From Alphaproteobacteria bacterium (GTDB lineage: Bacteria; Pseudomonadota; Alphaproteobacteria; Bin95), in contig OY730441.1 of the NCBI GenBank assembly GCA_963422665.1, positions 3,100,318 through 3,164,317 on the forward strand: a stretch of 64,000 nt of DNA. Reading direction: 5' to 3'. The notes below the pieces were generated by a model. The model was given only the letters and a program-made list of their open reading frames with translations. It had not been told where the DNA came from and did no database searches. The position numbers and the translations under genes were made by a program. Position 1 is the first letter of the stretch. Every line of letters begins with the position of its first letter. This document shows, one piece after another, positions 29,531-38,891 of the stretch.

Positions 29531-30663
29531 AATCGGGTCGGGTGGCGTTCGGGCGCATGGACGCGGTGAGTTTCGGCGCGCCGCTGGAACAGGCGGTGGC
29601 CGAAGAGGCGGAGCGGCTCGGGGCGGCGCGCATCTTCCTCATGGTGAGCGGCACGCTCAACCGCGGGACGGGCGAGATCGAAAAGCTGCGCCGCGCGCTC
29701 GGCAACAAGGTCGCCGGCCAATTCGACCGCATGGCGCCGCACACGCCGCGCCGGGATGTGATCGCCGCGGCGGAGGCCGCGCGCGCCGCGGATGCCGACC
29801 TCATCGTCACCTTCGGCGGCGGCTCGCTGACCGACGGGGCGAAGGCGGTGCGCATGTGCCTCGCCAACGATATCCGCGCGCCGGAGGAGATGGATGCGCT
29901 GCGCGACCCGGCGGCCGGGCCGACGATTCCGCAGGTCAGCATCCCGACCACGCTTTCGGCCGGCGAGTTCAGCGCCATTGCCGGCGTCACCGACGAGCGC
30001 GTGAAGCTGAAGGAGCTGTTCCGCCATCCGGACGCCATCCCGAGCGCCGTCATCCTCGACCCGGCGCCGAGCGTGCATACGCCGGAATGGCTGTTCCTCT
30101 CCACGGGCGTGCGCGCGGTGGACCATTGCGTCGAGGGCGTCTGCTCCGGCGAGGCGCATGCTTACGGCGACGCGCAGGCGCTCAAGGGGCTGGCGCTGTT
30201 GACGCAAGGGCTCGCGCGGGTGAAGGCGGACCCGGCCGACATCGAGGCGCGGCTCGATTGCCAGCTCGGCTCCTGGCTGTCGATGGCGCCGCTCGCCTCC
30301 GGCGTGCCGATGGGCGCCAGCCACGGCATCGGCTATGTGCTGGGCGCGGTGTTCGGCACGCCGCACGGCCACACCTCCTGCATCATGCTGCCCTTCGTGA
30401 TGCGCTGGAACCGGCCGGCCAATGCCGAGCGCCAGAAGCTGGTGGCGGCGGCGATGGGCGAGCCGGACGCGGATGCGGGCGATCTGCTCGACCGCTTCAT
30501 CGCCGGTCTCGGCATGCCGCGCAGCCTTTCCGCGGCGGGCGTCGGGCGCGAGCACTTCCGGAGGATCGCGGAACAGGCGATGGGAACGCCCTGGGCGCCG
30601 CGCAACCCGCGCCCCATAGACGGGCCGGCGCAGGTCATGGAAATCCTGGAATTGGCCGCCTGA
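29527..30663 (+). CDS. iron-containing alcohol dehydrogenase family (maleylacetate reductase-like)
   Basis: Fe-ADH motifs (LIVTFGGGSLTDGAKAV; SHGIGYVLG...TPHGHTSC). ATG overlaps the vapB stop (ATGA). Confidence 0.8.
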   Translation: MKSGRVAFGRMDAVSFGAPLEQAVAEEAERLGAARIFLMVSGTLNRGTGEIEKLRRALGNKVAGQFDRMAPHTPRRDVIAAAEAARAADADLIVTFGGGSLTDGAKAVRMCLANDIRAPEEMDALRDPAAGPTIPQVSIPTTLSAGEFSAIAGVTDERVKLKELFRHPDAIPSAVILDPAPSVHTPEWLFLSTGVRAVDHCVEGVCSGEAHAYGDAQALKGLALLTQGLARVKADPADIEARLDCQLGSWLSMAPLASGVPMGASHGIGYVLGAVFGTPHGHTSCIMLPFVMRWNRPANAERQKLVAAAMGEPDADAGDLLDRFIAGLGMPRSLSAAGVGREHFRRIAEQAMGTPWAPRNPRPIDGPAQVMEILELAA

Positions 30664-30702
30664 CGCGCCTCCAGCCCGCTGCAGCAAGAGGAGACGCAAC
30701 CC

Positions 30703-31545
30703 GTGCCGATCATCGACGCCCAGGTTCACGCCTACGAACGCGACCGTCCCGGCCGGCCTTGGGCCGGAACGCTGGCGGGGCCGCCGGAGGTCACGGGCGC
30801 CGACATGGTGGCCGCAATGGAGGCGGTCGGCGTGGACGGGGCGGTGCTCGTCTCGCCCTACACCATGTACCGCTACGATGCGAGCTATGCAGTCGATGTC
30901 CATGCCGCGCATCCGGGCCGTTTCTGCCTGGTCAAGCCGGTCGATCCCTCCGACCCCGGGGTCGCCGAGACGGTCGCCGACTGGGCGAGGGTGGAGGGCG
31001 CGGTCGCCGTGCGGATCATGCTGGCCTACGGGGTTTCGAGGGACCCGGACGATGCCGGCGTCGCGCGCATCCTGCGCGCCGCCGCCCGGTGCGGACTGCC
31101 GGTCAACCTGCTCTGCTGGGGCCTGCTCGACCAGGCTTTGGCGCTGGCGAAAGCCCATCCGGACACCCGGCTGGTCATCGACCATCTCGGCCTGAAGCAG
31201 CCCTTCGACCCGCCGGCCCCGCCGGAGCCGTTCGCGGACCTGCCGCGCCTGCTCGCGCTGGCCGAGTGCGAGAATGTCGTCGTCAAGATCACCGGCGCCT
31301 GCACGCTCTCGCACGCGCCCTATCCCCATGACGACATCTGGGACCCGCTCTGCCGCATCTTCGAGCGCTTCGGCATCGACCGCTGCCTCTGGGGCACCGA
31401 CTGGACCCGCGCGGTCAACCTCATCACTTACGAACAGGGGGTCGAGCCGTTCCGCCGGACGGACAGGCTGACGGAGCACGAGCGCGCGGAACTCATGGGC
31501 GGCGCCCTCCGGCGGGTTTACGGCTGGTCGCCCTCGGCGGGCTGA
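30703..31545 (+). CDS. amidohydrolase-2 family metal-dependent hydrolase
   Basis: N-terminal IIDAQVHAY motif and later DHLG and WGTDW motifs typical of this TIM-barrel hydrolase family. GTG start. Confidence 0.72.
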   Translation: MPIIDAQVHAYERDRPGRPWAGTLAGPPEVTGADMVAAMEAVGVDGAVLVSPYTMYRYDASYAVDVHAAHPGRFCLVKPVDPSDPGVAETVADWARVEGAVAVRIMLAYGVSRDPDDAGVARILRAAARCGLPVNLLCWGLLDQALALAKAHPDTRLVIDHLGLKQPFDPPAPPEPFADLPRLLALAECENVVVKITGACTLSHAPYPHDDIWDPLCRIFERFGIDRCLWGTDWTRAVNLITYEQGVEPFRRTDRLTEHERAELMGGALRRVYGWSPSAG

Positions 31546-31603
31546 CCGGCGGCGCCTCCTCCTCTCCCGGCCCTGCGCTCCCGATCCCGGCTGCCGCCGC
31601 CGG

Positions 31604-32122
31604 CTACTCGTCGAAGCGGACCTCGCCTTTCCACAGGTACAGGCGGCCGTCTTCGCCGGGAATGTACTGCCCGGCGCGGACGGCGGCGATGCCGTAACGG
31701 GGCAATTGCAACTCGAGCCGGCGCGTTCCGGCGGCCTGGAAAATTCCGATCCCCGGATCGGCGGCGGCGCTCAGGAACGGGAAGTCGATATTGTGGAAGC
31801 CGTATTGCCGGCGTTCGGGCGGCAGGTCATCGACGTTGGCAGGAACGATGTGCGGAAAGAACCGTCCGTCGGCGCCATTCGAGCCGCAATCCCGATTGAC
31901 ATAGACGATCCCGGCGCCGCGCCGATAAACATTCCAGGTGTTGGAACGAATGACCGGCTCGCCCGCCGCCTTCAGCGCCAGCGCAATGCTGTCATAGGCG
32001 CGCATGGACGCCATTGCGGCCAGCCGGAGCGAAAGCACGGTCGGCAGAACGGCCACGAGCAAACCGATTCCCCCCCCGGCTGAACAACGCACACGCTCCG
32101 GCAATGACGCGCTTGCCGGCAT
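31604..32122 (-). CDS. hypothetical membrane-anchored protein
   Basis: Track ORF trimmed to the ATG at 32120-32122. One N-terminal TM (GIGLLVAVLPTVLSL), then a ~130-aa domain (RFFPHIVPANVDDLPPERRQYGFHNIDF). More A/T-ending codons than the neighbours. Confidence 0.45.
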   Translation of the reverse strand: MPASASLPERVRCSAGGGIGLLVAVLPTVLSLRLAAMASMRAYDSIALALKAAGEPVIRSNTWNVYRRGAGIVYVNRDCGSNGADGRFFPHIVPANVDDLPPERRQYGFHNIDFPFLSAAADPGIGIFQAAGTRRLELQLPRYGIAAVRAGQYIPGEDGRLYLWKGEVRFDE

Positions 32123-32225
32123 CCGCCAGCCAGTGCGTCTTCGGCTCCCCGACCGGTAGAAGCAGATTGCGGGAATAGGCACAGGAAAAGGCCGCGAAGG
32201 CAATGCCCAGTTCGCCAGGCTCCGA

Positions 32226-32248
32226 ATGGCCGGAACAAGTCCGGCCAT
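32226..32248. repeat. REP-like perfect hairpin
   Basis: ATGGCCGGA-acaag-TCCGGCCAT. On the minus strand it translates to ...VMAGLVPAI..., the pseudo-peptide I associate with a common alphaproteobacterial intergenic repeat (from memory). Confidence 0.35.
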
Positions 32249-32415
32249 GACGGTGGAGAAAGTGCGCGAAGCCTCGCGCGCGCAAAACGCCCGCCGGCGC
32301 CAAAGGCGCGCACGCCCGCACCCGCCCGCGCCGCGTCGTCCCCATCGGAAGCCGGCGATGGACTCCCGGCGCTGAAGGGCGGCCCAAGGCCTTCCATCGC
32401 CTGCGCGGGCGGCGT

Positions 32416-33432
32416 CTAGCTCCCCTGGCGCACCTTCGGGAACACGTCCTCGGCAAGCCGCTGCAGGGTCTCCAGCGCAAGGCTCTGCGGCATGCCCGAC
32501 CACTGGACGCTCATCACGACGTGGTTGACGCCGGTGGTGCGGGCCAGCGCGATCATCTGCTCCGCCACCTCGTCAGCGGAGCCGACAAGGAAGCGGTCGC
32601 GGGCGAGGTCGTCGAAGGCGGCGGTCAGGTCGGCATCGCCCGCCGGCATCGCCTTGTCCTGCCCCCAGGAGGCATAGACGGCGTATTTGCCCGCAAGGTG
32701 CGGGCCGCAAAGCCGAACCGCTTCCTCGCGGCTGTCGGCGACGAACACCTCGCGCCGGATCGGCAGCTCCCCGGGCATGGGCCTGCCGAGTTCGTCGAGC
32801 GCCCGGCGATAGACATCCAGTTGTTCGAGGATCGTCGAAATCCGGTTGTGGGGATTGATGTACCAGCAGGTCCCGAGCCGGGCCGCCCGGCGGATTGCGC
32901 CGTCGGCATTGGCGCCGATCCAGATTGGCGGATGCGGCTTCTGGACCGGTTTGGTAGGGCAAGACGCCTCCCGCAGCGCGAAATGCGAACCCGCCATGGT
33001 GACGGTCTCTTCCGTCCAGAGCCGCTTCATCGCCTCAAGGTTTTCCTCGAAGCGGCGAATCCGTTCCGGGCGGTTCGTGCCGAAACCGTCGAACTCCACA
33101 TCCCGGTAGCCAAGGCCGGCGCCGACGATCACGCGCCCGCCCGACATCACATCCATGGTCGCCAATTGCTCGGCCAGGTCGAGCGGCTTGTGCAGCGGCA
33201 GCAGGATGATGCCGGCATTGAGGCGCAGATTGGGCGCCTCCGCCATCATCCGGGTGAGATAGGGCAGTTGCTGGAAGTCCTGGTAGGGCCAGGCGCTGTA
33301 ATGGGAGCCCTTGGTCAGGGATGCGAACCCGAGGCGGTCCGCCAGCCGCACCTGTTCCGCAAGCTCCGCGAAGCGCTGCTGCATGTCGTCGCCGAGCTCG
33401 TACTGGCCGCGTGTCATCAATCCGAACTGCAT
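32416..33432 (-). CDS. LLM-class (luciferase-like) flavin-dependent oxidoreductase
   Basis: 338 aa, luciferase-like TIM-barrel sequence. Collinear paralogue of the adjacent gene (MQFGLMTRGQYELGDDM vs MQFVLAIRGQFPPGDDM). Confidence 0.85.
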   Translation of the reverse strand: MQFGLMTRGQYELGDDMQQRFAELAEQVRLADRLGFASLTKGSHYSAWPYQDFQQLPYLTRMMAEAPNLRLNAGIILLPLHKPLDLAEQLATMDVMSGGRVIVGAGLGYRDVEFDGFGTNRPERIRRFEENLEAMKRLWTEETVTMAGSHFALREASCPTKPVQKPHPPIWIGANADGAIRRAARLGTCWYINPHNRISTILEQLDVYRRALDELGRPMPGELPIRREVFVADSREEAVRLCGPHLAGKYAVYASWGQDKAMPAGDADLTAAFDDLARDRFLVGSADEVAEQMIALARTTGVNHVVMSVQWSGMPQSLALETLQRLAEDVFPKVRQGS

Positions 33433-33435
33433 GGC

Positions 33436-34446
33436 CTACAGCCCTTGCTTCACAAGGGGAACGACCTCTTCCGCCATCACATGCATCTGCTCGACGACGA
33501 CTTCTTGCGGCATTCCCGGCCACTGGATCGGGCAGGACAGCTGGTTGGCGCCGGTCGCCTTCATCATGCCCACGATCTGTTCGGCGACCTCGTCGGCGGA
33601 GCCGAAAAGGAAGCGGTCGCGGGCGAGCTCGTCGAACTCCTGGCCCAGGTCGTTGTCGCCTTCCGGCATGGCGTCGCCCTGGCCCCAGTCGTGATACGCC
33701 TTGTATTTGGCCTCCAGATAGGGCCGGGCGAGCCGGACCGCCTCGGCGCGGGTCCGCGCCACGAACATCTCTCGCGCCAGCGGCAATGTTTTCGGCCAGG
33801 GCTTGCCCGCTTCGTCCAGACCGCGCTTGTAGACTTCAATCTGGCGCAGGATCGTGTCGATGCGGTTGTGCGGGTTGATCATCCAGCTATCGGCAATATG
33901 CGCCGCACGGCGAATCGCCGGGTCGGCATTGGCGCCGATCCAGATGGGCGGCGGGCGGCGGGGCTTCAGCGAGCAGACGGCGCCGTCGAGCTCGAAATGC
34001 GAGCCCTTCATCGTCACCGCGTCCTCGGTCCACAAACGCCTGATCGCCTGGATATTCTCCACCAGGCGCGGCACCCGCTCCTCGCGGCCGGTGCCGAAGG
34101 CCTTGAACTCCACATCGCGGTAGCCGATGCCGACGCCGAGGATGAAGCGCCCGCCGGTGAACAGGTCCAGCGCTGCGGTCTGCTCGGCAATCTCCAGCGG
34201 CTTGTGCAGCGGCAACAGCACGATCGAGGTAAGGAAGGTCAGGCCGGGCGCTTCCGCCGCCGCGCGGGCGAGGAAGGGAATCTGCTGGATTTCCTGCCAG
34301 GGCGAGGAGCTGTAGTGGCAGGACTTGGCGATGCCGGTGAAACCGAGCTGTTTCGCCAGACGGACCTGCGCCATCAACTCTTCGAAACGCATATTCATGT
34401 CGTCTCCGGGCGGAAACTGGCCCCGGATCGCCAGAACGAACTGCAT
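33436..34446 (-). CDS. LLM-class flavin-dependent oxidoreductase (tandem paralogue)
   Basis: Start set to the ATG at 34444-34446 by alignment with the paralogue. The stop lies 3 nt from the next start. Confidence 0.85.
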   Translation of the reverse strand: MQFVLAIRGQFPPGDDMNMRFEELMAQVRLAKQLGFTGIAKSCHYSSSPWQEIQQIPFLARAAAEAPGLTFLTSIVLLPLHKPLEIAEQTAALDLFTGGRFILGVGIGYRDVEFKAFGTGREERVPRLVENIQAIRRLWTEDAVTMKGSHFELDGAVCSLKPRRPPPIWIGANADPAIRRAAHIADSWMINPHNRIDTILRQIEVYKRGLDEAGKPWPKTLPLAREMFVARTRAEAVRLARPYLEAKYKAYHDWGQGDAMPEGDNDLGQEFDELARDRFLFGSADEVAEQIVGMMKATGANQLSCPIQWPGMPQEVVVEQMHVMAEEVVPLVKQGL

Positions 34447-34527
34447 GGAAAGGAATCCCCGATTTGCGTTGCCGGCATTATGCACGAATTGGCGAGCGCG
34501 GCCGGCATGGCGGGCGTCTCCGGATCG

Positions 34528-35400
34528 CTACGGATGGCGCGCGGCGCGCCGATGCTCCCGCCAGATCGCGAAGATCCCGCTCGCGACAACGACGGACGCC
34601 CCGACGATCGTCCACCTGTCCGGGAAGGCGCCGAAACCGACCCAGCCCCAGACCGTCGCCCAGACCAGCAGGGTGTAGCTGAACGGCTGCAGGACGGCTG
34701 CCGGGGCCTCCCGTGCGGCGAGAATGAGCAAGCCGTGTGTGACAACTCCCAGTATCCCGATCGCACCCAGGAGCGCCCATCCATGGGTGTCCGGCGGGAC
34801 CCATGCGAAGGGCGCGGTCGTACTCCACACGACAAGACCGACAATCGCCGTGTAGAGCAGGGTCGTCTCGGGCGGGTCGTCGCGCAAACGGCGCAGCAGC
34901 AACTGGTAATAGGCCCAGGCGAACGCGGCCACGAGCGGCAGAATGGTCAACGGATCGAACACGCCGATACCGGGGCGAATCACGATCAGCGTGCCCGCAA
35001 AGCCCAGCGCCACGGCCGCCCACCGCCAGGGACCCACACGTTCGCCCAGCAGGGGAACGGCAAGCGCTGTCGCGATCAGCGGCGAGACGGCGGCAACGGC
35101 ATGAACATCTGCAAGCGGCAACTTCGAGATCGCATAGACGAACAGCCACATCTCGAGCGCCAGCAGGAAGGAGCGAAACAACTGGAGGCGCCAGTTTCGC
35201 GTCCGCAGCATCGGGCGGACGCCGCCCCGCCGGGCCGCGAGCGCCAGTGCGAAGGCGAGGAAAACGGCGAAGCGCAGGAAGAGCACCTGCGAGACGGGAT
35301 AAGTCTGGGTCGCGAGCTTTCCGACGGCATCGAGGCTCGCCAGCATTGCCATGCCCGCGATCATGAGGGCGATGCCGCGTCCGGGTCGATCCGGCCTCAT
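34528..35400 (-). CDS. DMT-superfamily (EamA-like) transporter
   Basis: Track ORF trimmed to the ATG at 35398-35400 (MRPDRPGRGIALMIAGMAMLASLDAV...). About 10 hydrophobic spans in two EamA-like halves. Confidence 0.8.
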   Translation of the reverse strand: MRPDRPGRGIALMIAGMAMLASLDAVGKLATQTYPVSQVLFLRFAVFLAFALALAARRGGVRPMLRTRNWRLQLFRSFLLALEMWLFVYAISKLPLADVHAVAAVSPLIATALAVPLLGERVGPWRWAAVALGFAGTLIVIRPGIGVFDPLTILPLVAAFAWAYYQLLLRRLRDDPPETTLLYTAIVGLVVWSTTAPFAWVPPDTHGWALLGAIGILGVVTHGLLILAAREAPAAVLQPFSYTLLVWATVWGWVGFGAFPDRWTIVGASVVVASGIFAIWREHRRAARHP

Positions 35401-35525
35401 GGAAAAGGATGCAATGCGAAGCGGGAATACGCGCGGGTCATGCGGCGGTTTCACACGACCCGGATCGGTTGTATCGACCGGAAGCAGCGGGCAATATCCA
35501 CCGCTCTCTCTTCCCCGGACAAGGT

Positions 35526-36482
35526 ATGACCCCCGAACAATTGGAAAAGCTGGAGTCCATTGAGCGTGTCCGCGAAGGCTATGCGGAACTCGGCTATATC
35601 TGTTCGCGCCAGATTGCAACGGCGATCTATGTTGCAGGCCATCTCGGCAAGCCGGTTCTGGTCGAGGGGCCTGCGGGCGTCGGCAAGACCGAACTGGCGA
35701 ACACGACGGCTGCCTATCTCGACCTGCCGCTCATCCGGCTGCAATGCTACGAAGGTCTCGACGAGGCCAAGGCGCTCTACGAATGGCGCTACGCCAAGCA
35801 GCTTCTCTACACGCAGATTCTACGGGACAAGCTCGGCGAAGTTCTGGGCGAGGCCCAGGGGCTCAAGGAGTCCATGGACCGGCTGCACGCGCATGCGGAC
35901 GTCTTCTTTTCCGAGCGTTTCCTCGCGCCGCGGCCTTTGCTGAAAGCGCTGCGCGAACCCGGCGGCGCGGTGCTGCTGATCGACGAAGTGGACAAGTCGG
36001 ACCACGAGTTCGAGGCCTTCCTTCTGGAAATCCTGTCCGAATTCCAGGTCTCCATTCCCGAACTCGGGACGATCAAGGCCGGGCGCCGCCCCGTCGTGTT
36101 CCTGACCTCCAACAACACCCGGGAGATGAGCGACGCGCTCAAGCGGCGTTGCCTGCATCTCTATGTGCCGTTTCCCGATGCGCCGCTCGAACGGGAGATC
36201 ATCCAGGCCCGTATCCCGGAGATTCCGCGCAACCTGAAATACCAGCTCGTGTCCTTCGTGCAGCAGGTGCGCGGACTGGACCTGAAAAAGCAGCCCTCCG
36301 TAAGCGAATCCATCGACTGGGCGCGCGTGCTGCTGCTGCTGCATGCCGACGAACTCGAAGCGGACATGGTTCGGGAAACGCTCAATGTCTTCCTCAAATT
36401 CGAGGAGGACATCCAGTCGGTCGATGCGGAACTCTACGGGCTCACCCGCCAGGCGAAGAAGGCCGACGGCGCGCGCGCCTGA
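35526..36482 (+). CDS. MoxR/CoxD-like AAA+ ATPase
   Basis: Walker A GPAGVGKT and Walker B LLIDEVDK, with a MoxR-like C-terminal region. ATG at 35526. Confidence 0.85.
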   Translation: MTPEQLEKLESIERVREGYAELGYICSRQIATAIYVAGHLGKPVLVEGPAGVGKTELANTTAAYLDLPLIRLQCYEGLDEAKALYEWRYAKQLLYTQILRDKLGEVLGEAQGLKESMDRLHAHADVFFSERFLAPRPLLKALREPGGAVLLIDEVDKSDHEFEAFLLEILSEFQVSIPELGTIKAGRRPVVFLTSNNTREMSDALKRRCLHLYVPFPDAPLEREIIQARIPEIPRNLKYQLVSFVQQVRGLDLKKQPSVSESIDWARVLLLLHADELEADMVRETLNVFLKFEEDIQSVDAELYGLTRQAKKADGARA

Positions 36483-37813
36483 TGGAGCGCATCTTCACCA
36501 ACTTCCTGTCGGCGCTGCGCGGGGCCGATATCCGGGTCTCGGTCGCCGAGACGCTCGATGCCATGGAAACGGCGCGGCTGATGGGCTGGTCGGACCGGCA
36601 AAGCCTGCACGACGCTCTTGCCATGGCGCTCGCCAAGACGCCTGAGGAAAAGACCGGATTCACCCGTATCTTCGACGAATTCTTCGCCTTCGAAAGCTTT
36701 CACGAGCGCCGGGACGGGGAGGAAACAGAGGAGAGCGGGCAGGCGGACGGCGGAGACCTGCTGACCATGCTGGAAGCCGGCGACCGCGCCGCGCTGGCGC
36801 TCGCCATGCAGAAGGCGGCGGCGGAGGTCGGCGTGGAGAACATCCGCTTCTTCACGCAGCGCGGCCTTTATACCCAGCGTGTGCTCCAGCAAATGGGCGT
36901 CGAAGGCGTGGATGCGCAGATCCAGGCGATGGGCAGGCAGGGCGGCGGCGGCAGCGCCGGGCAGGCCTTGCAGGAAAGCCGAGCCTGGCTGTTCGAGCAA
37001 GTGCGCAACCATGTCGAGCAACAGCTTTCGCTGCAAGGCGCGGCAACGTCGCAGGAATTGAGGGAAGACCGGCTGCGCCGCTCCCGGCTCGGGAATCTCG
37101 ACCGCCGCGACCGGGAGCAAATGCGCCGCATCGTGGAAAAGATCTGCCGCCGGCTGGTGGCGCTCCATTCCCGGCGGCGCAAGATGAAGAATCGCGGCCA
37201 GCTCGATATCCGCCGCACCATGCGCCGCAATTACGGCAATGACGGCGTGCTGTTCGAGCTGGAGTGGAAGAAGCGCAAGCTCGACCGGCCCCGCGTCATG
37301 GCGATCTGCGATGTCAGCGGCTCCGTTGCCAGCGTCGCGCGGTTCCTGTTGCAGTTCCTCTATGAGCTGCACGAACTCCTGCACGATATTCGGAGCTTTG
37401 CCTTTTCCGGCTACCTCATCGAGGTCTCGGAGCACTTCAAGGACAATATCGCCGACGAGGCCGCCGACAAGGTAATGCAGAAGGTCGGCTACATGCCGAC
37501 GGACTACGGCGAATCGCTCACCAATTTCCGGGAGAGTTTCCTCGCCGATGTGGACCGGAACACAACGATCGTCTTCCTCGGCGACGCCCGGTCGAACAAC
37601 ACCGATCCCAGGGCCGAATACCTGAAGGAGATGCACAAGCGCTGCAAGCGGCTCATCTGGCTCAATCCGGAACCGCCGCCGCTCTGGGGCACGGGAGACA
37701 GCGAGATGCGCCGCTACCGGCCCTATTGCGATCTCTTGCGCGAATGCAACACGCTCAACCACCTGGAGCGCGTCGTCAACGATCTGCTCGAAACCGCCCG
37801 AAGGGCCGCCTGA
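36482..37813 (+). CDS. CoxE-like VWA domain protein
   Basis: C-terminal VWA with a MIDAS-like motif (AICDVSGSV) and a CoxE-like tail (IWLNPEPPPLWGTGDSEM). ATG overlaps the ATPase stop (TGATG). Confidence 0.85.
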   Translation: MERIFTNFLSALRGADIRVSVAETLDAMETARLMGWSDRQSLHDALAMALAKTPEEKTGFTRIFDEFFAFESFHERRDGEETEESGQADGGDLLTMLEAGDRAALALAMQKAAAEVGVENIRFFTQRGLYTQRVLQQMGVEGVDAQIQAMGRQGGGGSAGQALQESRAWLFEQVRNHVEQQLSLQGAATSQELREDRLRRSRLGNLDRRDREQMRRIVEKICRRLVALHSRRRKMKNRGQLDIRRTMRRNYGNDGVLFELEWKKRKLDRPRVMAICDVSGSVASVARFLLQFLYELHELLHDIRSFAFSGYLIEVSEHFKDNIADEAADKVMQKVGYMPTDYGESLTNFRESFLADVDRNTTIVFLGDARSNNTDPRAEYLKEMHKRCKRLIWLNPEPPPLWGTGDSEMRRYRPYCDLLRECNTLNHLERVVNDLLETARRAA

Positions 37814-37825
37814 GGCCGGGCAGGA

Positions 37826-38398
37826 TTATCCGCTCTCAGCGGCTTCCTCGACCCAGTGGCGGCGGAACACCGGTATCTGCGCCAGCGAGAAGGCGAATGT
37901 GAAGCCGATGGTGCCGAACAACTTGTAATTGACCCAGAAGTCCGTGGACTGTGTGCGCCAGACGATCTCGTTCAGCACCGCCATCGCGATGAAGAACAGC
38001 CCGAAGCGTAGCGTCAGCTTGCGCCATCCGTCGTCGTCCACCTTCCAGACCCCTCCGAACAGCGGTTTCAGCAGGGGCTTGCCGAAGGCAAGGCCGCCGA
38101 GCAGCACGGCCGCGATGAACGTTTTCACGATGGTCGGCTTCATCTTGATGAAGGTTTCGTCCGCGAGCAGCAGGGTCAACCCGCCGAACACGGCGACCAG
38201 GCCTGCGGTAACGAGCGGCAACGGCGCCAGGCGTCGCTCGAAATACCAGGAGACACCGAGCATGACGGCGGTGGCCGCCATGATCGCAGCCGTCGCCCAC
38301 ATGATGCCGGCGGCGTAGTAAGCGAAGAAGAAGACCAGCAGCGGGCCGTAATCGACCGCGAAACGGAGGCCCTTCGGCGGCGCGCCCGGTTCAGACAT
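37826..38398 (-). CDS. yciB: intracellular septation protein A (YciB/IspZ)
   Basis: 190 aa with 5 hydrophobic spans and family-like sequence (DETFIKMKPTIV...WRKLTLRFGLFF). The ATG is embedded in the last codons of the upstream dioxygenase beta gene. Confidence 0.82.
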   Translation of the reverse strand: MSEPGAPPKGLRFAVDYGPLLVFFFAYYAAGIMWATAAIMAATAVMLGVSWYFERRLAPLPLVTAGLVAVFGGLTLLLADETFIKMKPTIVKTFIAAVLLGGLAFGKPLLKPLFGGVWKVDDDGWRKLTLRFGLFFIAMAVLNEIVWRTQSTDFWVNYKLFGTIGFTFAFSLAQIPVFRRHWVEEAAESG

Positions 38399-38891
38399 TG
38401 TAGATGTCCAGAGCCACATCGACCCCGTCGTTCAGGAAGGTCACCGTCTTGGCTGCAATCCGCCATTCGCCGTCTTCGAGGCGGAGCCGGTAGCGGTAGC
38501 GCCCTCCATGCACGCGCGCGCCCTTGAGCGAGGCATATTGATGGACCGTCCAGGACGCGGCCGCCTCGACCTCGCCGTTGCCTGCGGAAAGGATCAGCAC
38601 ATTGCCGACCACATGGCATGAGCGCGGCAAGGGCAGCGAGGCGTAACTGTCCCGCGTGCCTATCCGGAATACCCGGTCGTCCAGCCCTGCCTTGCCCCGG
38701 ATGTAGATGAGCGCCAGCTCGGTCTCGGGATCGCGGGCCAGCGTTTCTTCGCCGGTCCAGGCAGGAACCCAGAAAGTCACGTCATCGGTGAACAGCGCCA
38801 GCCATTCCTCGAAGCGGCGCTCGTCCAGCAGCCAGGCGTCCATATGAACAACCCGCTCGACGGCAAGTTGCAGTTCCGGGTCGATCTTCAC
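38391..38891 (-). CDS. aromatic-ring-hydroxylating dioxygenase beta subunit
   Basis: NTF2-like beta-subunit sequence (LDERRFEEWLALFTDDVTFWVP). GTG at 38889-38891 overlaps the alpha-subunit TGA (GTGA). Confidence 0.8.
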   Translation of the reverse strand: MKIDPELQLAVERVVHMDAWLLDERRFEEWLALFTDDVTFWVPAWTGEETLARDPETELALIYIRGKAGLDDRVFRIGTRDSYASLPLPRSCHVVGNVLILSAGNGEVEAAASWTVHQYASLKGARVHGGRYRYRLRLEDGEWRIAAKTVTFLNDGVDVALDIYNV

